A stretch of DNA of 32,000 nt from Ureaplasma parvum serovar 3 str. ATCC 27815. Lineage in GTDB: Bacteria > Bacillota_I > Bacilli_A > Mycoplasmatales > Mycoplasmoidaceae. Positions 1-9,455 of the stretch are shown piece by piece (the stretch's first letter is position 1; each line of letters begins with the position of its first letter). The notes under the pieces are model-generated. The model saw nothing but the letters and a program-made list of their open reading frames with translations, was not told the DNA's origin and did not search any database. The translations under genes and the position numbers were made by a program. The stretch is from contig NC_010503.1 of the NCBI RefSeq assembly GCF_000019345.1, forward strand, positions 719,680-751,679, given 5' to 3'.

Positions 1-540
1 TTTTCCTAATAAAGGTTCAATAAGTACTTGTGGTTTAATTTGTGAATAACATCATGTTTCATAAAAATTACGTGGATGATTAATTTTTTTATTAAGCAAG
101 ATGTTATTAAAATGAGTTATTATTTGTGTTAATTCTGCTTGTGAAGTAGTTTCACGAATAATATATAAATCTTCATTTTCAGTGCTATTATTCAATTTAA
201 TAATATAAGGTTTAGGGAACTTATTAAGATCTAATAAAGTAATTTGATTTTGACGATTAAAAATTGCTAAAGTTGGAACTTGATATTGATATAATCGATG
301 TTTTATTAATCATTTTTTAAAACTTATTTTATCGACAATTTCTAAAATTTTCGATTGATCTGTATTTAAATACATATAAAGTAGTTTTTCATTATAAGTT
401 TTTGGGTCTTGCAAATTCGGAGTATAACCCATTGTTTTGCTTCATATATTTATTAAAGATTTTTTAAATTGATTACGATCATTTTTATAATATAATCTTG
501 TAATTTCATTTAATTCTTTAATTAATTTATCAGTTATCAT
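1..540 (-). CDS. TupA-like ATP-grasp family protein, 3' end lies outside the window
   Basis: Code-4 translation from the ATG at 540 starts MITDKLIKELNEITRLYYKNDRNQF... and contains 'LQDPKTYNEKLLYMYLNTDQSKILEIVDKISFKKWLI', 'PKPYYIKLNNSTENEDLYIIRETTS' and 'WCYSQIKPQVLIEPLLGK'. These resemble the PKTFNEKIQWLKLYD..., FVIK and PRILVEEYL blocks of TupA-like ATP-grasp proteins. Confidence 0.65.
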
Positions 541-545
541 ATTTT

Positions 546-1499
546 TTATTCCTTGATTAAAACATTAACTCTCTTAGTAATTATTTTAGGAGCATATGAT
601 AATTTTGAAGCACTTATATTATCAGACCACGCCCCATCTTGTCGATCTATCAATCAATTATTAATATTATTAATTATTAAATTTTGTGATAATAAATATT
701 GATACATACCTCTAATTTCACGATCTGTTTGCTCAATAAGAATTTCTGCAATATTTGGACGAGTATAAACTAATGTAAATCCAACTATTTTATTTATTGA
801 TTTTTTTATTAAAAGTGATCCCATAAAATAAGGATTAGTTTGTGTGTTTAATAACAAATCAGAATTAGAATTAACTAGCATTCTTTTTGAATTAATAAAA
901 TTTTTAACATCTCATTCTTTTAAGAAAGTGCAAACCTCATGTAAATGAAATTTAGGATTATACTTAATAATTTCATAATCATTTTTAAAATTTTTAATAA
1001 AAAAATTAAGATTATTACGCTTTTTTTGTAGAATTTTTCCACAAAAGTATTTTAATGATTGCGTTTCATAAATAAAATTTGAATATCAACTATAAATTAA
1101 TTCAAAATTAAATTGAGATAAATTATTTAAATAATTTTCATCTTGTATTCCATTAATTGCTAATAAAAATTCTTTTTTAAAATTTGTTTTTAATGCTTCT
1201 AAAGCAATTGGAATCAATGTTGTTCAATCATATTTTTTTGCATCAAAATAAGCGAATATAATAAAAAATTTGCCAATAAACTGTGTTGCAATTTTATTTT
1301 GTTCAATTATCTTTAATTCTTCATTTGCTTGTGCATAAAATAGAACAATATTTTTATCTTTTAAATACTCAAAATAAATATCATAACCATAATAAGTTCA
1401 TAATAATAATGTCAAGGTCGAAATTTGTTGTCCAGGATTAATATCTTCTTTTATTTGCTCAACAAATTCATAATTATTTCATGTTAGTTTTGTATACAT
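546..1499 (-). CDS. DUF2156-family (MprF C-terminal-like / GNAT-like) protein
   Basis: Code-4 ORF of 317 aa that includes the 654..881 fragment. C-terminus 'INRQDGAWSDNISASKLSYAPKIITKRVNV' (local reading 'NNWLIDRQDGAWSDN...') and internal 'GKILQKKRNNLNFFIKNFKNDYEI' resemble DUF2156 blocks (KRNHINKF..., NREEDLG...R.AKLSYxP...). Confidence 0.55.
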
Positions 1500-1568
1500 A
1501 TAACCTTATAAGATATAATAAAAATCCATATAAAATGGATTTTTAAATGTTTAATAATTAAAAATAAA

Positions 1569-1970
1569 TTAACGTTTTGTAAATTGAGGAGCACGACGTG
1601 CACCATATAGCCCAAATTTCTTACGTTCTTTAACACGTGAATCACGTGTTACTAAACCAGCTTTACGTAAATCGGTTTTTAAATCTTCGCGAGTTTGAAT
1701 TAAAGCACGAGTAATTCCTAAACGAATTGCTCCAGCTTGTCCATTAAATCCACCACCAATAACTTTAACATAAACATCATAAGTTTCAGCTGTTTTTGTT
1801 AAAACCAATGGTTGCATCATGTCTTGGATAACTAATTTATTTGGAAAATAATTTTCTGGTTGACGATCATTAACAAGAACCTTTCCAGAACCTGGAACTA
1901 ATTTAACTCTTGCAATTGAAGATTTACGACGACCTAAACCTTTGTATTCAACAATATTACTTTTTTGCAT
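1569..1970 (-). CDS. rpsI: 30S ribosomal protein S9
   Basis: 133 aa; '[26 protein letters not shown]' and '[26 protein letters not shown]' are diagnostic of S9. Confidence 0.98.
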
Positions 1971-1989
1971 AATAATTTAATTCCTTCTT

Positions 1990-2436
1990 CTATTTTAATT
2001 TTAATTCCAAAATAGTTGGTTGTTGTGCTTCATGGGGATGTTTATCATTTTTATAAATGAATAATTTGTTTAGAATTTGTTTTGCTAATTTATTTTTTGG
2101 AAGCATTCCTTTAACTGAACGACGAATAAGTTCATCTGAATATTTGCTAATCATTTCTTCCCCACTACGTGTTCTTAAACCACCAATATAGTGTGAATGA
2201 TTATATCAATTTTCACGTAATGCTTTTTGACCAGTTAAAACAACTTTATCTGAATTGATAACTACCACATAATCACCTGCATCAACGTTTGGTGTATAAT
2301 CAACTTTATTCTTTCCTCTTAAAATATCTGCTACTTTAACAGATAAACGACCTAAAACTAAATCTGTTGCATCAACTAAATATCATTGTCGACGCGCAAT
2401 AGCGACTTCTTTCTTAAGCATTGAAGACTTTTGCAT
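1990..2436 (-). CDS. rplM: 50S ribosomal protein L13
   Basis: 148 aa code-4 ORF ([16 protein letters not shown](R)[27 protein letters not shown]...; C-term [16 protein letters not shown]) directly upstream of rpsI, the usual rplM-rpsI operon. Confidence 0.95.
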
Positions 2437-2749
2437 TTTTTCTCTCCTTAAAAAAAGTTCTTATTTCTGTATAAATAAGTTTTAAAAATTAAAAATATTG
2501 GATTTTTTAGATGTAACTAAATATTATTATACTAAAAAGTTAACAAAATAATATAGAATAAAAATCAAATCTTTTATATTATTTAAAATAATCACTCATT
2601 AATGTTTCTTTTTTTAAAAAAACTTTTATATTTTTACAATTTATGGTAAATTAATTATTTTTTATATTTTTGATATATAGATTATCGTAAATTCCAAATT
2701 TTATCGTTAAATAATATTAGGAGTCTATAAAAGGAATCTATAAAAAATT

Positions 2750-4330
2750 ATGAAAAGAAAGAATAAAATAATAACATCATCATTAGCTTTATTGTTTACA
2801 GGAGTAATAGCAACGATAAGTATTGCCGCTTGCTCAAAACAAAATAATCAAAAAACAAAAAATTTTAATTCACAAGAACAAGCAAATAAGATTATTGAGG
2901 CTATATTAAATAAAAAAGAAGGTAAGGATAATTTTATCGATTGAGTTCATTGATGAAATAGTCCATTTCAACAAGCACGCAAACTTGCAAAAGATTTAGA
3001 TAAATATATTGATTTAACAAAATCTAAAAATTTTAAATCAATGATTGATAAAAATGAATATAAGTCAACTTTTAGTGCACAAATTGAAAATGTAATTAGG
3101 ATCATTAAAGATGATATTAAAATGTATGCTAATTCACCATTTTGAAAAAAATGACGCCAGCAAAAGAAAACAGCACTATTTTTAATTAATTATGCACCTA
3201 TTCAAAAAGATGATAGCCAAATTAATGCTCCAGGTATTTTATTACCTGCTGAATACCCATTATTATATTCTAAACCTGATTTTGAAGAACTACCAGGATT
3301 CGGTGCATTTTTTCCTACACCAAAATCTATGGATGCAGTCGATCTTTTAGATACTTGAAAATCGTTTGGATCATTAATTTCATCTAAAGGTAATTCTGTT
3401 GAAAAAAGCGTTTTAGCATCTAAATTACAAAATTCATTTGCAAAAACAGCAGATAAAGTTGTTTACATTTATGATGATGCTATTGTCCCTAATATTTATG
3501 ATAAGAATGGCAATCGTAATTTAAAAATTACACAAGAATTTGCTAATTGAATGATTAACCAAAATTATAAAGGTTATTTAGCTCGTGAATTTTTAAAAAT
3601 AAATCAAAAAAATGATTTAATTCCTTTACCAATGAGTATTGTTTGACACGCAAGTTATGGTATCATCGGAATGCATCGTATGTTATATACTTTATCAAAA
3701 GCTTTTGGAATGCCAAAAGATGAATTAGAACATTTGAAAGCACAAGAAAAATTTAAAATTCCAACTTTAAAAAAATTACTAACAAATGATGAATTAGAAT
3801 TGAAAAATGGTATACAAACGATTAAAACAGGCATTGATTCGCCATTTAAATATCATCGCGATCAAAACCGTGATGATTGAAAAATTTGAGCAACTAATTC
3901 CCAAGTTTTAGATATTTGTATTGCTTTGGGTTTAAAACCAGATTTATTAGTTAAAGGCGAACTATCAACTAGTGTCCATGAAGATCCTAACTTAGCTTAT
4001 TATTTAAATGATGTAATAAAAAACCAATTAAGTGATATAGAACAAATTAGTATTAAAAAAAACCACATTAATTGAACAGCAACAAATTATGAACCTATTA
4101 AAAATTTAAATGTTAATTTAATTTTAATGGGTGTGCATGGCTTAATTAAAAATTCAGCTTTTAAAAAAATGATGGATGAAGGTAAACAAATTAAAAATTG
4201 GGCCTTTACTGACCGCAGATTTAGCGATGAAACACGCCAATATGTTAAAAAAGGTGAAGAAGATTTATATAGCCAAAACGCATCAATTCTTGGTTGAGAT
4301 GAGTTTTTAAAAACGAAGAACAATCAATAA
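2750..4330 (+). CDS. Putative lipoprotein, possible substrate-binding protein with weak resemblance to metal/siderophore-type (Peripla_BP_2-like) proteins
   Basis: 526 aa code-4 ORF joining fragments 2750..2944 and 3671..3880. Lipobox-like signal peptide 'SLALLFTGVIATISIAACS'. 'WATNSQVLDICIALGLKPDLLV' and 'NYEPIKNLNVNLILMG' resemble binding-protein motifs. Confidence 0.7.
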
Positions 4331-4437
4331 TAATTCTTACTTTAAAGTTAATAATTATTCAATTAAACTAATAAATATTTTAAAAACAGTATTAAAAATA
4401 TTTTTTTAGAAAATTATTTTTTTTTAATTTCCTATTG

Positions 4438-4443
4438 TATAAT
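4438..4443 (+). promoter_or_regulatory. Putative -10 box (TATAAT) upstream of the APC permease leader
   Basis: Exact TATAAT in 'ttgtataatataaaa'; no convincing -35 element. Confidence 0.35.
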
Positions 4444-4468
4444 ATAAAAATAAAATTTTAAATTTTTT

Positions 4469-4502
4469 AAAAAAGAGGTCGTTAAAATGCGTCCTCTTTT
4501 TT
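4469..4502 (+). terminator. Intrinsic terminator-like hairpin or attenuator: aaaaaagagg / cctctttttt, 14-nt loop
   Basis: Perfect 10-bp inverted repeat ending in T6, located 22 nt before the permease ATG. Confidence 0.65.
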
Positions 4503-4524
4503 AAAAGAATGATAAGGTTGTATC

Positions 4525-6138
4525 ATGAAGATTAGTGTTAAAAAAACAAAGCAAATAGGTTTGTTTACATCTATTGCAATTATGATTAGTAGCGTTGTGG
4601 GAATTGGTATTTTTTTTAAAAATGGATCTATTTTTCGGTTTAATAACTTTAATGAAATAGGAATTATTATTTCTTGAGTGGTGGCAAGTTTAATCGCCTT
4701 TTTTACAGCATTAAGTTTTGCATATATTACCTTTTCTAAAAAATCTGGTTCTGGAATAGCTGGTATAATAGATGAATTAAAAGCTCCTAAATGTGCTCGT
4801 TTTATTTCTGTTTTGCAAACTTTTTTTTATAATGGAATACTGATGCCTTCCATTTCCTTTTTCGCTGCAGAATCATTATTAATGACAATAATACCTAAAA
4901 ATTCATCATCACCACAAATATATCAAATTTTTATTTTGGCTATCGGGTTGTTTTTATTTTTTTTGTTGCTTAATTTTATTTCATTTAAATTTAGTTCAAT
5001 TTTACAAAACATTGCAACAATTATTAAATTTATTCCTATTATTGCTATTGCTATTATTGGTATTACATATGGTATCAACAATGCACAAAATTCATTGTTC
5101 AATCATAATAATCCTAAGCATGCGAATTTTAGTCTTTTAGGAATATTAGCTTCTCTTCCTTCGATCTTATTCTCATTCGATTCTTTTTTAGGCATTTCAT
5201 CATTACAACACAAAATTAAAAATGCTCAAAAAAATGTTCCAATTACATTAATTGTTGGTATGTTTTTAGTCGCTATTGTTTATATTCTAATAACTATAGG
5301 GCAAGTTTTTGTAGGCGAAGGTTATGCTTATGGTGTAATTAATAAAGTATTTAAAAATAATATCAATCTCCTAAAAATTATTACTATTATTGTTAATGTT
5401 TTTATTACAATTTCAATTATTGGTGTTTTAAATTCATTTGTTATTTTTTCAATTCATAATGCTCAATATGTAATTAATGAAAAAATTATTTTTTGATGAT
5501 CTTGAATCCAACGTGTTCAATCAAAACATTTTAAAGAAGCACAAGGATTAATCAGTGTTTTATTCATTTTTTTTACATGAATAACCATTTTTATGATAAT
5601 TAGTATTCCATTAAATACAGACGCGTATATTGATTTATTATCTAATTATCCAATTGTTTTCTTTTTTGCAGTTTATGGTTTAATAATTGCTTTTGCCTTT
5701 TATAAAAAAGTTAAAACAAAGCAAAAAATAAAAGGCATTAAAAAACAATATTATACAAGTGATGTTACAAAACGTCCTAAATGATTTTTTAATTATCAAA
5801 ATAGTAGTTTAAAAAATAAGAATATTCTTAATAAGGAATTAAAAATTGCTAATAATTGAATTTTAAGTGTTTGAATAATTGGCATCACAAGTTGTTTATT
5901 TGTTTTTTTATACCAATTTTTATATGGATATACAATTTATGCTTGATTAGATCCTTATAATTTAAAACTATATACTTTTGGATTATTTTATGCAAATAAT
6001 GTTAGTGTCATTCCATGAATCGTTAGTTTGTTATTTTTTGTTATGCTTATATTTTTCATAGGATTTCCATTTTTAAATGATGCTATTTTAAATCTTAATC
6101 ATAAAAAAGTAAACAAACAGCAAAAAGTTTTTGTTTAA
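4525..6138 (+). CDS. APC-superfamily amino acid permease
   Basis: 537 aa code-4 ORF containing fragments 4678..5496 and 5593..5784. Multiple hydrophobic helices; N-term 'GLFTSIAIMISSVVGIGIFFKNGSIF' resembles APC TM1. Confidence 0.85.
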
Positions 6139-6184
6139 ATGATTTATTGATTTAATATTTATTAATGAGGTATAATTGAATATT

Positions 6185-6331
6185 ATGATTAAAAAAATAA
6201 TACTAGTTTGCGAAATGTGCATGAGTCGAAATTATCAAACAACACGTAATAAATTTGCTATCTCACGACTTGAATTGAATAAATATTGTAAAAAATGCAA
6301 TATGAAAACACTGCATAAGGAAACAAGATAA
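6185..6331 (+). CDS. rpmG: 50S ribosomal protein L33
   Basis: 48 aa MIKKIILVCEMCMSRNYQTTRNKFAISRLELNKYCKKCNMKTLHKETR, immediately upstream of secE and nusG. Confidence 0.93.
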   Translation: MIKKIILVCEMCMSRNYQTTRNKFAISRLELNKYCKKCNMKTLHKETR

Positions 6332-6334
6332 ATA

Positions 6335-6835
6335 ATGGTTAATGACAAAAAACAAAAATCAAATAAATATTTAACGTACCAAGATCAAGAATATGAACGT
6401 AATCTTTTATTAGAAAAAGAACGTAAACAACAAAAAAAGATTTTGGCACAACAAGCATATCAACAATTAGATCTTAATAAAAAATTAATTAAAAAAGCTA
6501 AAAATGATCAAAAACTTATTTTAAGACTACTAAAAGAAGATAAATCAATTTCAAAAACACAATTTAATACCCACCGTTTAGAATTAAAAAATACAATTGA
6601 TCAAATGGTTGATGAATATTATGAATTATTAGAACAATATAGTGTAGATTTTGAAAAAATAAGTTTTAAATTAAAACGTTGGCTCTATGGCATTAATAAA
6701 GAAATCAGACGTACTACTTGGGCTTCTAAACGTTCTGTTATTATCAGTTTAATCATTGTAATTGTTATTGTTTTAATTCTTGCTGCAATATTTTTTGGTA
6801 TTGATACAGGTTTTTATAAATTATCAGCAAAATAA
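6335..6835 (+). CDS. secE: Preprotein translocase subunit SecE with long charged N-terminal extension
   Basis: 166 aa; 'GINKEIRRTTWASKRSVIISLIIVIVIVLILAAIFFGIDTGFYKL' is the SecE core; between rpmG and nusG. Confidence 0.92.
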   Translation: MVNDKKQKSNKYLTYQDQEYERNLLLEKERKQQKKILAQQAYQQLDLNKKLIKKAKNDQKLILRLLKEDKSISKTQFNTHRLELKNTIDQMVDEYYELLEQYSVDFEKISFKLKRWLYGINKEIRRTTWASKRSVIISLIIVIVIVLILAAIFFGIDTGFYKLSAK

Positions 6836-6860
6836 AATTTTAAAAGTAAAGGAAAAGATT

Positions 6861-7637
6861 ATGGCATATAAGATTAAAGATTTAGATTCTAAATTATTAA
6901 GTGATTTAAAAATTGATTTTAATCACAGACATCAATGATACATTGTTACGGTAGTAAGCGGTAATGAACAAAAAGTTATTGAAAATATTAAAGATAAATT
7001 AAATGGCTATGGTTATGGTGATAAATTATCAGATTTAAAAATTATTAAAGAAAAAATTAAAGAAGTTAAAATTTATGAGCCATCAGAAGCGCCACGGTCA
7101 ATGAAGAATCGTGCAAACACAAAATGAGAAACAATAGTTGTTGATGGCGCAACAAAATATCGTTGTACAAAAATAAAAGAAGGTAATAAATTTAATGGAT
7201 ATATCTTTTTAAAAGCGGAAATGACCGATCAAATTTGGTTTTTAATTCGTAATACCCAAATGGTTACTGGTTTAGTTGGTTCATCTGGAAAAAATGTTAA
7301 ACCAATTCCTGTACCTGAAGATAAGATCTTAAAATTAATTGCTGATAATGATGCTAAACGTGCTTTAATAAGTCTAAATGAAAAAGTTGACCATGAAGAA
7401 AATATTGAAGTTATTGAATTGCATGAAGACGAAAATTTTACGAACTTTGAAGTTGATCAAGAAGTTAAAATTATCGCAGATACTTTTTTTGGTGAAATTG
7501 CAAAAATTGCAAAAATTGATCAAAACAAGAAAATTGCCACTGTAGAATTTGAATTTTTTGGCCGAATTAACACACTAGATTTAAATTTTAATGATATTCA
7601 ACTTTATGATGAAGAAAGTGATAAGTTAGAAAACTAA
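6861..7637 (+). CDS. nusG: Transcription termination/antitermination protein NusG
   Basis: 258 aa code-4 ORF: 'QWYIVTVVSGNEQKVIENIKDKL...', 'IWFLIRNTQMVTGLVGSSGKNVKPIP', KOW-like 'VKIIADTFFGEIAKIAKIDQNKKIATVEFEFFGR'. Confidence 0.95.
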
Positions 7638-7644
7638 TAAAAAT

Positions 7645-7683
7645 AAAAAAACACTTTACATTTTTGTTTGTAAGGTGTTTTTT
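7645..7683 (+). terminator. Intrinsic terminator after nusG
   Basis: aaaaaacactttac-atttttgttt-gtaaggtgtttttt: 14-bp stem with one G-U pair and a T-run, starting 8 nt after the nusG stop. Confidence 0.85.
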
Positions 7684-8055
7684 ATTAAAATGTTTTTAGA
7701 AAAACTCATCCTATTTATATGAAAGTAATTAATTGAAAAGGGAAAAATGGAATACTACAACTTGTATTTATTATTTAAAAAAGAACTTTGTAAGGAATTG
7801 TAAAAAAGAATATTGATTTTAAAAATAAAATTTTTAAAATCTTATAGTTAAATACTTATTATAATAATAAAAAATAAAGGTATTTATGAAATATAAATAG
7901 TTTTTATCTTGTTTGTTTTTAAATCTTCAAACTAAATTAAAAGATTTATAACAATAAATGAGAATTCTAAAGAAAAAAGTTTTTTGTTAAAATAGAGACT
8001 AAAATATATTAACGTAATTAATTATCGAAATGTTTATTATCATAAACAAAAGTCG

Positions 8056-8095
8056 ATGCATATAAGTTTTACGAGCCTTTAAAACTTATATGCAT
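8056..8095. repeat. Perfect 15-bp inverted repeat, intergenic hairpin
   Basis: atgcatataagtttt (8056-8070), loop acgagccttt, aaaacttatatgcat (8081-8095). Confidence 0.85.
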
Positions 8096-8123
8096 TACTA
8101 TTATATTATTTTTTTAAAATTTA

Positions 8124-9455
8124 TTAACTATTTTTTAATTTATATCCACGAATTCGGTGAGCATTCATTTTCTTTTCGATATGAGAGCGTTTGTTTTTTT
8201 GATTAATTTTTTGAATAGCTTCTTTAATTTTCTTTTTATATCCTGGTTTTATTTTTGTACTTGTTGTTGAGATTATTTTTTGAATTTCATTTTGTGTTTT
8301 TAAATCTTTAAATTGATTTTTTTTCTTAAAAAGAAATTCTTTATCAAATAACTCATTTTCTTTAATGAATTTATGGTGAAAGACGATTCCTTTTTTTGAT
8401 AAATTCAATAACTTATCATGTTCTTTTTGATCATATAAAACATATGATTCTCCACTATATTTACCACGACCACTACGTCCTGCACGGTGAATGTATCATT
8501 CATTTTCAGTAGGCAAATTTCAATTAATAATATGACTTACACCATCAATATCTAAACCACGACTTGCAATATCTGAGGCAACAACATACTGAAATTTATT
8601 ATTTTTAATATCACGATAGTTGTTTTTTCGTTCACGTTGAAGTAGTGAGCCATGCAAAATGCAAACATTTTTATTTTGTTGAATTAAATATTGATAAATT
8701 GCTTCAACTTCTTTTTTTGTATTTGCAAAAATGATACATAAATAAGGTTTAATAGTCTTCATAATTATAGATAATGAATGTCATTTGTCGTGATTATGAA
8801 TAACATAATGGGTTATTTTTTTATTTTCATAAATTGAATTACTAATATTAATAATCTTTGTATTTTTAAAATATTTTTTTAATTGGATCGATAACATTTC
8901 GTGCAGTGTAGCGCTAAAACTTATTTTCTGTACATCTTTATTTGTAAATTGTGAGTTAATAAACTCTAAATCACTAATAAAACCAAGATCCATTAACATA
9001 TCAGCTTCATCAAAAACAAGTGCATTAACATGGTGTAAATCAAGAATTTGTCGTGTTAAAATTTGTTTTAGACGCGTTGGAGTTGCAATAAGCAGTTGGC
9101 TTTTATTTAATTGTGAATTAATTTGCTGGTCAATACTTTCACCACCAATTAACATTTTAACTTGTAAAAGTGGTTGATGTTTTTTAAAAACAATAATTTT
9201 ACTAAAAATTTGGCGAGCTAACTCACGAGTGGGAGTAATAATTATAACTTGCAGTTTTTGAGATAAATCTAAGTTGTTTAATATAGGCAAAACAAAGGCT
9301 AAAGTTTTCCCTGTCCCTGTTGGTGCAACGCCAATAATATTTTCTCTTTTAGCGATTAATGGCATCGTTTTTAATTGAATAGGTGTTGGTTCGAAAATTT
9401 TTTGGTTAATTAATGAATCAAGAATTCATTTTTGATAATTACTATTAAATTTCAT
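8124..9455 (-). CDS. DEAD-box ATP-dependent RNA helicase
   Basis: 443 aa code-4 ORF: 'PTPIQLKTMPLIAKRENIIGVAPTGTGKTLAF', 'VFDEADMLMDLGF', 'FSATL', 'VASDIASRGLDIDGVSHIIN'. Confidence 0.93.

Noticed and set aside
654-881. Many short ORFs in the supplied track appear as separate small proteins (e.g. 654..881, 10224..10523, 14042..14938, 16597..16872)
   Set aside because: They are fragments of longer genes broken at TGA. With UGA read as Trp, adjacent fragments are in the same frame and join into full-length recognised proteins.
2526-2531. TATAAT on the minus strand upstream of rplM as a promoter
   Set aside because: The hexamer is present but there is no convincing -35, and such hexamers are common by chance at this AT content. 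Not listed as a feature.
4087-4323. Minus-strand ORF of 78 aa
   Set aside because: Antisense to the well-supported 3' part of the lipoprotein CDS; no recognisable domain.
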